Below are positions 29,791 through 38,300 of a stretch of 64,000 bases of DNA, piece after piece. The position numbers and the translations under genes were made by a program. The notes beneath the pieces were generated by a model. That model worked only from the letters and a program-made list of their open reading frames with translations, ran no database searches and was not told where the DNA came from. Position 1 is the stretch's first letter, and each line of letters opens with the position of its first letter. The stretch is from a virus. The stretch lies in IMG/VR virus record IMGVR_UViG_3300009009_000011, positions 1 to 64,000 of that record, one strand, 5' to 3'.

Positions 29791-30300
29791 TTAATTTTTT
29801 ATGATTTTAAAACCTATTGATTCTAGTTTGTGTAAAAAAGATGCCCCATATCTGGAACGTCTAAATATTGCAATATATTGTCGTGATTCTTTTTCATTTT
29901 CACTTAACATCGCATAACCACGATTAGTGATCCTGAATTCAAAAAGGTTATGTATATCGTCTGGTTTTATAAACCTATAACAAGAGTGTGATAATGGATA
30001 AGATTTACCCATTATAGGAAACAACACATGTAAAGTATTTACACTACTAATGTGACAATGTTTATAACTCTTATTATCTAGTTTAACATCTAACCATTTT
30101 TCTTTACCTGGCATCCATATAGAACCATAAAATTTAACAATACGCCCCATATCACCATCATGTGTTATTATAGGGTGACCATCTTCTAATGTGGTTTCTA
30201 CAGCAGATTTTTTTATTAACAAGCCATAATAAAGATTTTCAACCTTTGGTTTTGAAAATTTTGATTTCAGCCAATTTTTAGTAAATTTGAATTTACTCAT
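29791..30300 (-). CDS. Hypothetical protein
   Basis: 169-aa ORF. Confidence 0.65.
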   Translation of the reverse strand: MSKFKFTKNWLKSKFSKPKVENLYYGLLIKKSAVETTLEDGHPIITHDGDMGRIVKFYGSIWMPGKEKWLDVKLDNKSYKHCHISSVNTLHVLFPIMGKSYPLSHSCYRFIKPDDIHNLFEFRITNRGYAMLSENEKESRQYIAIFRRSRYGASFLHKLESIGFKIIKN

Positions 30301-30460
30301 TTTTCCTTTGTGTTAAACAATGAAATTTTATTCTTTGTAATGGGGTAGTTTCAATAAAAATGTATTCATAACCATCATTACTACGACGGCAGAAAAATAT
30401 ACCAGGTTTATTGCCTGCTTCTTTTTCAACAGATTCAATTTGTTTATCTATTCTGTTCAT
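30293..30460 (-). CDS. Small hypothetical protein (55 aa, not in ORF track)
   Basis: MNRIDKQIES...RKNE overlaps both neighbours. Confidence 0.5.
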   Translation of the reverse strand: MNRIDKQIESVEKEAGNKPGIFFCRRSNDGYEYIFIETTPLQRIKFHCLTQRKNE

Positions 30461-30672
30461 GTAGATATTATATATGTTGCGACAAAACTAACTATAAAAC
30501 ACAACAAACTTACCATGGCTATAAGTATGCAAAAGTCTGTTACTTTTTTTATAGCATGTATATAATTTGCTGATATTAGTCTATTTTCTATAATACTTGA
30601 ATAATGTAATCTAAGTATAGTAAAAAGCATAACAAATACTATTGTTACAATAAGTGATATTAATATAGTCAT
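30457..30672 (-). CDS. Small two-TM membrane protein immediately downstream of the ECF sigma gene
   Basis: Two hydrophobic segments. Confidence 0.6.
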   Translation of the reverse strand: MTILISLIVTIVFVMLFTILRLHYSSIIENRLISANYIHAIKKVTDFCILIAMVSLLCFIVSFVATYIIST

Positions 30673-30674
30673 GA

Positions 30675-31229
30675 TTATTTTTGTTGATTTATTATTAGTT
30701 TAGCTAATACTAATTTTGCCCTATGTATATAGGCCTTAACAGTACCTATAGGCATGTTTAGTTTATTAGCAATTTCCTCATAACTCATATCCTCAAAGTA
30801 TCGTTTTTGTATTACATTACGATATATTGGTTTAAGTTTATTTACAGCATCTTTTAAAGTTACATAATTCTGCATTTTAATGATGTTATCATCTGTGGTA
30901 GCATCATCTACAATTTGATTATGATCTTCATGTTGATGTTGTAAATCAGGCTGTACTTTACATTTTCTTAAGTAGTCAATGGCTGTGTTAGTAGCTATCC
31001 TATATAACCATGTACTAAATTTACATTTGTCATTATACATATTTAAATTTAAATATGCTTTAACAAATGTTTCATTAGTTAAATCTCTTGCTGTTTCTTT
31101 ATTATTAACTATCTTTAAGATATGAAAGTATATTATGTCTTCCCACTCTTCAAGTATCCAACGAAATTGTTGTTTGTCTCCATTTAATATTAATTTAATT
31201 AGAGACATATCAATTACACGTTTAGGCAT
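30675..31229 (-). CDS. ECF-family RNA polymerase sigma factor (SigW/RpoE-like)
   Basis: Region 2 ARDLTNETFVKAY...FSTWLYRIATNTAIDYLRK; region 4 HTH MSYEEIANKLNMPIGTVKAYIHRAK. Confidence 0.95.
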   Translation of the reverse strand: MPKRVIDMSLIKLILNGDKQQFRWILEEWEDIIYFHILKIVNNKETARDLTNETFVKAYLNLNMYNDKCKFSTWLYRIATNTAIDYLRKCKVQPDLQHQHEDHNQIVDDATTDDNIIKMQNYVTLKDAVNKLKPIYRNVIQKRYFEDMSYEEIANKLNMPIGTVKAYIHRAKLVLAKLIINQQK

Positions 31230-31467
31230 ATATTAAATCTATTATTTTATCTACTAAAATATTTGGTAAATATTTTTTTAATAGCTTTAATGTTGCAGCT
31301 CTGTTAAGTGTTGGAGCATCATCTAATGGACAATCATATGGAAATTTATTAGTATTATCACAATTACCATTAAAGTTTTTGGAATGAATACATTTGAAAT
31401 ACTCACTAGTTGGTGGCACATCTTCTCTACGATATGCACACGCTGCTGGACTTAATATTGTTTTCAT
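31222..31467 (-). CDS. Small Cys-rich protein
   Basis: C-x-H...C...FP-xx-CPL motif. Confidence 0.6.
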   Translation of the reverse strand: MKTILSPAACAYRREDVPPTSEYFKCIHSKNFNGNCDNTNKFPYDCPLDDAPTLNRAATLKLLKKYLPNILVDKIIDLIYA

Positions 31468-31469
31468 AA

Positions 31470-31784
31470 TTATTTAGTTTTAAAATAACCACATGTTACA
31501 CCTATGCAATCTAATGGAGCATCTGGTTCATTACAACTATAAATACCTTTTTTATCATAATATCTACAATCCTTACGATTACGTCTTTTTGGTATTGTTA
31601 CAGTCATTTCACCATCTCTCCAACGATTACGTCTTGTTCTTATTATACCATCTTGTAATGGGCAACTAAAGGGAAAAGCATCATAATGACAAGATATCCT
31701 TAAACCTTCAGGATGTGTACAGTTGCAGCCAACATGAACTAGTACTTTATAACCACATTCTCTTGTATTATTAATTAGTTTCAT
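31470..31784 (-). CDS. Small Cys-rich protein
   Basis: CTHP...C...FPFSCPL plus a second Cys cluster. Confidence 0.6.
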   Translation of the reverse strand: MKLINNTRECGYKVLVHVGCNCTHPEGLRISCHYDAFPFSCPLQDGIIRTRRNRWRDGEMTVTIPKRRNRKDCRYYDKKGIYSCNEPDAPLDCIGVTCGYFKTK

Positions 31785-32164
31785 AGTATTAGTTTTAGTG
31801 CTTCAATTAAACCTTGTTCAAGTGCTTCTTCATATGTATTATATCTAAGTGACTTAATATTACGAATATATTTACTTGTTTTATAAGTATTATCTACAAT
31901 ATCACAAGCAAAAGTTTTGTCTGAATAAGGATGAAGGAACATATGAATGTCATGTATTTCTCTTAACCATTTCTGAAGTAGAGATTGAGTAGGTGCTTCA
32001 TAAACAAACCTCTGCACGAAATTATTTGTGTGTAGAGTTATTTCATTATTCAATATATGAATGTCTGATAAATGATTATTTCTATAATCACATATACTTC
32101 CATTTACAAACCCCTTTTCTTTAGCTAATTTAGCTGTCTCAAATGAGATTAATTGATCTGTCAT
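31781..32164 (-). CDS. Conserved Bacteroidota-phage hypothetical protein
   Basis: ISFETAKLAKEKGF, APTQSLLQKWLRE and TYEEALE motifs. Confidence 0.75.
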   Translation of the reverse strand: MTDQLISFETAKLAKEKGFVNGSICDYRNNHLSDIHILNNEITLHTNNFVQRFVYEAPTQSLLQKWLREIHDIHMFLHPYSDKTFACDIVDNTYKTSKYIRNIKSLRYNTYEEALEQGLIEALKLIL

Positions 32165-32754
32165 ACGCCATCAAATTGGGGATTAATAACTTTACAGGTA
32201 TTACAGTTCTCGGAGTTCTGATGTCCACATTCTCTACACTCAAGAGGTAATGGTTCAGGGTTAAAACATCTGGGTTCGTCAAACGGTGCACCTTTATCTT
32301 GATTTGATTTATTTGTTAATGATGTACCATCATAATCAACTACTTGTTCCCATGAACCAATTAAGCAAAAATCATCTTTAAACATTATTGCAATGTTCTC
32401 AGAATGTGCTTGTATAGATTCAAGTATATAGACAGCTTTATTATCAAGTATTTTATATATACTTAATATATTTTCAAGCTCCTTAAAGAATTTTCTAGGT
32501 ATACATATAAGACTACTTATATGTTCGTCTTTATCATATATACCTTTTATCCTAGCAGTATGATATGGGAAATACCCAATTATCATAACACCTAATTGAA
32601 ATGCTGATTTATTACACTTAATAAAATTAAGCTTATTATACCACGATTCTTTGAATATCATGTATTTGATTGTTAATTGATTTAAAAAGAAAAAAGTATA
32701 TCTAGTATTATTTATATTATGGGCTATAGCTTTAGGCTTAACTTGAATAGGCAC
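32161..32754 (-). CDS. Hypothetical protein with C-terminal Cys cluster (start uncertain)
   Basis: CRECGHQNSENCNTC; the annotated GTG start is doubtful. Confidence 0.5.
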   Translation of the reverse strand: MPIQVKPKAIAHNINNTRYTFFFLNQLTIKYMIFKESWYNKLNFIKCNKSAFQLGVMIIGYFPYHTARIKGIYDKDEHISSLICIPRKFFKELENILSIYKILDNKAVYILESIQAHSENIAIMFKDDFCLIGSWEQVVDYDGTSLTNKSNQDKGAPFDEPRCFNPEPLPLECRECGHQNSENCNTCKVINPQFDGV

Positions 32755-32863
32755 TATAGGCAGCTCATATTTATAATACAGGAATTGATATAATCGTATA
32801 TATTATGTAATATTACATACTATAATGATATATATGCAAAACCTTTGTCAATATACTTTTTAG

Positions 32864-32949
32864 TCCCCATAGTAAGACTTGAACTTACACATCCATTACT
32901 GAATAAGGGATTTTAAGTCCCTCTTGTCTACCAATTCCAACATATGGGG
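32864..32949 (-). tRNA. tRNA-Leu(UAA), no encoded CCA
   Basis: Acceptor CCCCATA/TATGGGG plus A73; D arm TTGGAATTGGTAGACAA; anticodon loop CTTAAAA; long variable arm; T arm GTAAG-TTCAAGT-CTTAC. Confidence 0.92.
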
Positions 32950-32954
32950 ATTTT

Positions 32955-33390
32955 ATAACTAGGGTGACATTACTATCACCCTAATCATAATTTCGGCTTT
33001 ACCTTACAAAGTGTCCCATTTGGTTTGCTGTACAACTCAAGCTTTCAAATATTACAAATGTTAATAACTTTAGGGATGTAATATAAAAGCTTGTTTGAGG
33101 TAGGGCAAGGCTAAACAACAGTTTAGTTTCAGAGTATATGTCACAATGAGTGAGAGGTCTGAACTTGCCCTATAGGATAACAAGGGTGTACAGATAATCT
33201 GTAATATTATCTAATTGATATTCAATTATTAATGATAATACCTACGGACTCGGTCCGCTTTACACTACCCTTGTTATAGGAGTACACCATTAGTTATATG
33301 AGTTTGTTACCAATATTGTCAGTATGTAAATGGAATTACCCTAATTACAGAAATCAATTACAATAGTCAGGTGATGCTGTCACCCTTTGG
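32955..33390 (-). ncRNA. Hairpin-rich non-coding leader upstream of the tRNA
   Basis: Several tandem multibranch inverted-repeat units and no ORF. Confidence 0.4.
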
Positions 33391-33402
33391 TATCATATAA
33401 TA

Positions 33403-33576
33403 TTACCTTTTTACTAATGATGTACAAGGTCTTTTTAACACTTGGTTAATATAACCAGATGAATCTAAACATCCAATAATTTTAGATGAGTATATTTTTT
33501 TAGCAAAACGTCTATTCTGGTTCCATAATGTAATATTCCCAGAGCGTTTCATTTTATTTTTTAACTCTTTTAGCAT
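33403..33576 (-). CDS. Small hypothetical protein (probable start 33576; track ORF extends to 33705)
   Basis: The longer ORF overlaps the upstream gene heavily. Confidence 0.45.
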   Translation of the reverse strand: MLKELKNKMKRSGNITLWNQNRRFAKKIYSSKIIGCLDSSGYINQVLKRPCTSLVKR

Positions 33577-33877
33577 ATTTAATTCTTCCGAGTTTAATAT
33601 TACTTCTGGAAGATTTATCCTTGATGTTAATCGAGTCTGTGTTTGGTGTTCTACAACTTTTAATTTTAGTCGTAATGTTTTGTTTTGTGGTTGCATACCA
33701 ATCAAGTGTTGAGGTTAAACATAGAACTAAATAAAATAATGGCCACATTGCACTAAATACCATCATAATTGGTATTGGTAAGTCTTCATGTTGTACAGCA
33801 ATATATACCATTGTTATAACTATTATACTTATGTATAATAGTGTAAATACTGTTGGCCAATTAAATGGATGTATCAT
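33554..33877 (-). CDS. Membrane protein (two TM helices)
   Basis: Two hydrophobic segments with a WP motif. Confidence 0.6.
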   Translation of the reverse strand: MIHPFNWPTVFTLLYISIIVITMVYIAVQHEDLPIPIMMVFSAMWPLFYLVLCLTSTLDWYATTKQNITTKIKSCRTPNTDSINIKDKSSRSNIKLGRIKYAKRVKK

Positions 33878-34101
33878 ATTTTTATATATATTAAGTCCAT
33901 ATTTTTACCAAATACTTTTTTAAAACAAGGATATTTATATTTCTTATTTTCTAATTTTAGGCAATCTGAATTATCCTTAAAATAACAACCTTCACATTTA
34001 TGATGATAAATTTCGTTAATAATACTATTATTATTACAGAGTGCTTTAACTCGCATTAATTTAACACCTTTATATTCATATATCTTATGTATTTTACTCA
34101 T
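33874..34101 (-). CDS. Small Cys-rich phage protein
   Basis: CEGCYF...C...C motif. Confidence 0.65.
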   Translation of the reverse strand: MSKIHKIYEYKGVKLMRVKALCNNNSIINEIYHHKCEGCYFKDNSDCLKLENKKYKYPCFKKVFGKNMDLIYIKI

Positions 34102-34103
34102 GA

Positions 34104-34310
34104 TTATTTCTTTTTAGGTGTAGGACATTCAGAATAAGGATCAGTACCATAATGTTCCCCCATAGTCCAACCACATCTAGCACATATTTCTTTGTTAAAA
34201 TGTGATTTATGATCTGGACCAATATGACGAAAAGAAACGATACCACTCCTATAATAATTACTATTACTATACCGCCTTGGTTTAAATGATTTAAATTGAA
34301 TTTTTGCCAT
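34104..34310 (-). CDS. Small zinc-binding protein (probable start 34310)
   Basis: AATC-ATG start context; CARCG...EH...CP. Confidence 0.55.
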   Translation of the reverse strand: MAKIQFKSFKPRRYSNSNYYRSGIVSFRHIGPDHKSHFNKEICARCGWTMGEHYGTDPYSECPTPKKK

Positions 34311-34388
34311 GATTACAAGTATGAATGGGTTTGATAAACAAAAAAGGGGGAACAAATTATAATATAATTTGTATTGCATATATAAAGT

Positions 34389-34446
34389 AATGTAGAGTGT
34401 AATACTCATGAGGCCCACGACTGCCTAATTTCTCACACTCTACATT
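34389..34446. repeat. 12-bp inverted repeat with internal hairpin
   Basis: AATGTAGAGTGT / ACACTCTACATT. Confidence 0.6.
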
Positions 34447-34479
34447 TGTTGTTATGTTAAATACGCCAAAATGGCCTAA

Positions 34480-35289
34480 TTATGGAAGGTCCATACCTGC
34501 GGCATCTTTGCCGGTATCGTCATCTTTGTCAGTTTCAGGTGGCATACTTACATCTTCAAGGTTTTCAACTTTCCTTTCACTTGCCCCTGCTGTATTTACA
34601 ACGTATGTTACTTCTTCAGCAAGCAGAGGTTCTACACGCTTTTGGTATTGTGCAATAGCCAATGACATGAGTGAAGGAATCTGATGGTCGTATATGAACA
34701 TACGCATTTCCCTCATTACAGTTTTGGATTTTTCACCAAATTTACCTGTACTGATGTCTTTCCTTGCATTTGAAAGAACTTTACCATCAGGTCCTATTAC
34801 ATGATGTCCAGGTACCTGAACAGCTACGAATACCCCCATTACAGGGTTACGCATTTTAAGCCTTGGGTTACCTTCATCATCTTTTTTCATACCTTCAAAC
34901 CATTTTTCCTTTTCTTTTAATCTTTCGATTATGTCAGAGAAGAATTCAGGTTGCTGGTTTTCAAATAAGTTATCAGCCCATGCTTTACGTGGTACAACAA
35001 TGGGTTCATCAGGACTTGTTACAGTCTTGACGTAGTCAGTTTTAACTATCCTGAGATAGTTAGTGTCTCTGAGTGTAGGATTGGCTTTTTTAGCTTCATC
35101 CGAAAGTTTGGTTCTCAGAGTGAATTGATCTTTTTCTACATTATCGCTACTTACTTTCACCTTACCTGTTAAGATGAATTTTGTTTTTTGAGGTATAAGC
35201 GGATGTGCAGCAGGCCCGAATAGGCCAGGATTCAGTTCAATTAGTTTTTGCCGAATTTCAGCTTCGGTGGCTTTTGTTTTTTGTGCCAT
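34480..35289 (-). CDS. Hypothetical protein, possible second ssDNA-binding protein
   Basis: Beta-rich core and an acidic tail ending GMDLP. Confidence 0.55.
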   Translation of the reverse strand: MAQKTKATEAEIRQKLIELNPGLFGPAAHPLIPQKTKFILTGKVKVSSDNVEKDQFTLRTKLSDEAKKANPTLRDTNYLRIVKTDYVKTVTSPDEPIVVPRKAWADNLFENQQPEFFSDIIERLKEKEKWFEGMKKDDEGNPRLKMRNPVMGVFVAVQVPGHHVIGPDGKVLSNARKDISTGKFGEKSKTVMREMRMFIYDHQIPSLMSLAIAQYQKRVEPLLAEEVTYVVNTAGASERKVENLEDVSMPPETDKDDDTGKDAAGMDLP

Positions 35290-35529
35290 AATGTTTTAAA
35301 TAATAGTGAGTTTTTGTGAATTAGCGAATTATATATAGTGGTTATTGTTGTCAATCTATTTCAATGCGTAGACCCTAGTCTTTAAACCGTAGCTTCTACT
35401 CTTTTGTTAGCATCGTGAACTGTTTTGTAATTCAGTTATCACATAACCCTGCAATAGGTTATTGGCTGTTTTTAAGACATTGCATATCTTATTATCAGAC
35501 TTAACTCATCGTCATGAGTGATATTGTTA

Positions 35530-35616
35530 AAAGCCTTGTTATAATAAATAAATTATCAATTTGAAATATGTACACAATTATCCTGTAATTATACAAAGAA
35601 CGCATAACAAGGCTTT
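35530..35616. repeat. 13-bp inverted repeat in a non-coding gap
   Basis: AAAGCCTTGTTAT / ATAACAAGGCTTT. Confidence 0.6.
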
Positions 35617-35622
35617 ATATTA

Positions 35623-35907
35623 TTATTTATTAGATTGCATGGTTAAAACATATACGTCTATTGCAGACTTTAATGATTTAGCCATCATTATCTCTTTAAT
35701 ATCAAACTCTGGGTTTGGATGTTCAGTGTGACCAAATAAGTCACGTTTAGTACCAATCTTCCCAATTATTGTATTTGTTGGGTCATCAATACTGTCAAGT
35801 AAACTTTGAGTTGATACTTCTGTTTCAGGGAATTTAATTTGCCCATAACCAATGATGTTATCATCAACATCTAGTATTGGTGTGTGTATACAATTAATTT
35901 TCCTCAT
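35623..35907 (-). CDS. Hypothetical protein
   Basis: 94-aa ORF. Confidence 0.6.
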   Translation of the reverse strand: MRKINCIHTPILDVDDNIIGYGQIKFPETEVSTQSLLDSIDDPTNTIIGKIGTKRDLFGHTEHPNPEFDIKEIMMAKSLKSAIDVYVLTMQSNK

Positions 35908-36080
35908 GATTTAGATGTTTTTGGTTTGTTATGTATTGTACACAATTTACATTGTGGGCTATTTAAATTCGGCCCCACACATGTTATACAGTCTGCTTTA
36001 TTTGTAGGGTATTCCCTTGACCCAGTCATATATGGTTCAACGTGACCATATCGTAGTTGTTTAATTTGTTGTGGTGTCAT
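35904..36080 (-). CDS. Small Cys-containing protein (58 aa, not in ORF track)
   Basis: MTPQQIKQLR...CITC...CKLC; ATGA overlap; preceded by AATCACGACA. Confidence 0.55.
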   Translation of the reverse strand: MTPQQIKQLRYGHVEPYMTGSREYPTNKADCITCVGPNLNSPQCKLCTIHNKPKTSKS

Positions 36081-36088
36081 TGTCGTGA

Positions 36089-36478
36089 TTATGTTAAAGG
36101 TTTAAATGATGCACATTGTCTTGTTGGTCTTTCAGGGTTACGTAGATATGTATTACAATGGTCTTGATGATCACATTGTAGGCATAGTGTCCCAGATGTA
36201 ATGGTTTTAGGTGGAGTAGAAAGCACAAGTTTAGCTAAACAATTAGGCATATTGTTTTGTATACTATTATATGCTTTAATAGCTAATGATAGTTTTCCAA
36301 CTGAACATATTATATTATTCATATGTTTTATATGAAAAAATATGGTCTCTGTTGTATGACCAAACCTGTTAGTTTGTAAGGTTATAGTCATTTCTATTTT
36401 CTTTTGTTCAGCACTTGATGATGCTATAATATGTTTATATTCACCATCTAATTGACTTGATAATATTGTATGTGCCAT
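36089..36478 (-). CDS. Hypothetical protein with C-terminal Cys cluster
   Basis: CLQCDHQDHC...C. Confidence 0.6.
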   Translation of the reverse strand: MAHTILSSQLDGEYKHIIASSSAEQKKIEMTITLQTNRFGHTTETIFFHIKHMNNIICSVGKLSLAIKAYNSIQNNMPNCLAKLVLSTPPKTITSGTLCLQCDHQDHCNTYLRNPERPTRQCASFKPLT

Positions 36479-36681
36479 TATTTGCGCTTTGACCTTTCTT
36501 CAATACGCATTCTTTGTAAGATACCATTGTCCATTTTTATTATGGAGTTGGCTAATTTTGAGATGGCTGATGCTTTTTCGACAGTTAATTTACCGTCATG
36601 TACTTCTTTTGAATAAGTGATTAAGTCTGATTTGTAATCTCTTAATTCATTTAAATCTGTTGTCGTGATTGGGTTTTTCAT
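36478..36681 (-). CDS. Small helical phage protein
   Basis: 67-aa ORF coupled to the upstream gene. Confidence 0.6.
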   Translation of the reverse strand: MKNPITTTDLNELRDYKSDLITYSKEVHDGKLTVEKASAISKLANSIIKMDNGILQRMRIEERSKRK

Positions 36682-37097
36682 GATTTTTGGTTTTTAATTT
36701 GACGATATAAAGTTAATTGTGCTTTTTTGAGTTCTATTTGTTCTGGAGTTATTGAGTTTTTGTCTAAATGAAGATCATATATTATAGTATGTTTTATATA
36801 ATCTGGTGTTAAAGTGTTTCGTTTTATTTGCTCTCTTTTTATTCTACATCTACGTATTATATCTTTACCTTTTTTTGTTTTTGAGTATTTTTTGTTTTTT
36901 TCTCTTATGTGTTTTTTGTTATTATTTCTCCATATTTTATTTTCTTCTCTTGCACATTCTTTGCATATATTTGTTGGAATGTGATATATATATGTTTTAT
37001 TTGGTCTTTTTGTGGTTACTTTTTGTATACGGAAGTTATTTATTGGCAATTCTTTGCCATTTGAATGTAATGGACCATAACATATTTTAGTTACCAT
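36678..37097 (-). CDS. Basic zinc-finger protein resembling HNH-endonuclease N-termini, without a nuclease domain
   Basis: KIC...H...ICKEC, a K-rich helix and a C-terminal ITPEQIELKK. Confidence 0.6.
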   Translation of the reverse strand: MVTKICYGPLHSNGKELPINNFRIQKVTTKRPNKTYIYHIPTNICKECAREENKIWRNNNKKHIREKNKKYSKTKKGKDIIRRCRIKREQIKRNTLTPDYIKHTIIYDLHLDKNSITPEQIELKKAQLTLYRQIKNQKS

Positions 37098-37393
37098 TGT
37101 CGTGAAGTTTTAGTTATAAAACTAGGGGTTGATGTTGCTAAGCTTTGTCCAATTTCTATTCCGAAGTTGAATAGGTCGGTAGTGTTTAACTCATATAGAG
37201 ATGCTATTATTAAAAAACGATGTATTATTCTTTTTCCTGTAAAGCTTTTTACTCTTTTACTTTTGTGTATGTATAGTTTAATATATGACCAATGTTTTTC
37301 CATTAATTCAATGGTTGGTTGAATTTTACTTTCTCTTGTTCCGGCTGGTATTGGCCAAAAAGCTTGGTCTACATGAGTTTTATACTCTTTCAT
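37091..37393 (-). CDS. Hypothetical protein
   Basis: 100-aa ORF. Confidence 0.6.
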   Translation of the reverse strand: MKEYKTHVDQAFWPIPAGTRESKIQPTIELMEKHWSYIKLYIHKSKRVKSFTGKRIIHRFLIIASLYELNTTDLFNFGIEIGQSLATSTPSFITKTSRQW

Positions 37394-37403
37394 TGTCGTG
37401 ATT

Positions 37404-38057
37404 ATTAATGGTTAATATTACTCAGTTATCAAGCTGAGTCGCACAATTAGTTTATTAAGCTAGGAACTCAATCCGAATATTACATTATTTCAATACTTTA
37501 TTAAATGGAAACCAGGTTCAATGTTAGCTTATTCAACTATACTTCACATACTTATGATTATATATGAAGGCTAATGTTTTTATTATTGAAACATCTTTCA
37601 GCTTACGCTTAGTCGGATGAACATTAGCTGCCCTTGCACAATTTACCTAGATCATTGATATGATTTAATATATGTCCTTTGATTGTGCATGATATTATCA
37701 CCTTATGCTATAATTTAGACTGATAAAGGTGTAGATATTAAAGGCCCCCTAATTATAGCAATATTATAGTCAAGGAGCCAGTTATTTCATTAAATCTAAA
37801 TATTATTTTATTTGTTCCAGTTATATAGTTATGGTCAGACACCTGTAATGGAGCAAATAGGTGAAACTAACTCTAATTTGTGTCTGGTGTGCAGTCTTTG
37901 TATTGAGGATATTGACTGCTTATATAATTTAATATTCAGATAATTATAACCAATGTATTCAATATGATTGATAAACATAGGCTATTAATTTGCTTATTGT
38001 CCTTATTTATGTATCAATGGTATTATAGCGTAAAGAGCAGTTTATTACTGCTCACTA
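37404..38057 (-). other. 650-bp non-coding, hairpin-rich region
   Basis: No ORF of 60 aa or more; many inverted repeats. Confidence 0.5.
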
Positions 38058-38300
38058 TCATCCACCCTTCTTTACTGTGGTTTCAGGCACTAACTCAAAC
38101 CCTATCATCGGTGTACCTGTCTTCTTCTGGTCATATTGGTTAATTCTGACCTTGTGACCATCAATTTCAGCGACTTTCTTGGTCTCTACAAACTGTTCAC
38201 CAAAATGAATATCGCTGATTTCCATCTGTGCGTTGCCTTTGAGTGTGGCTAATGCAGACTCACTAAAGGACTTTTCTGGTTTTGCATAAAAGCTTTTCAT
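38058..38300 (-). CDS. Hypothetical protein, first gene of the leftward arm
   Basis: 80-aa ORF with natural composition. Confidence 0.7.
   Translation of the reverse strand: MKSFYAKPEKSFSESALATLKGNAQMEISDIHFGEQFVETKKVAEIDGHKVRINQYDQKKTGTPMIGFELVPETTVKKGG

Noticed and set aside
30457-30672. Anti-sigma factor call for the membrane protein after the ECF sigma gene
   Set aside because: The position is suggestive, but it has no cytoplasmic N-terminal anti-sigma domain or HxxxCxxC motif.
32826-32852. Sigma70-like TTGACA...TATCAT on the - strand after the tRNA
   Set aside because: The spacer is only 15 nt, the context is very AT-rich and it is not the Bacteroidota consensus.
32780-32863. tRNA-associated theta (HDV-like) ribozyme at the tRNA 3' end
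   Set aside because: The trailer is AT-rich and lacks the nested double-pseudoknot pairings.
9492-35616. Long-stem intergenic elements as integron attC sites or MITEs
   Set aside because: They do not fit RYYYAAC/GTTRRRY consistently, their sequences are mostly unrelated, and no integrase, transposase or target duplication is seen.
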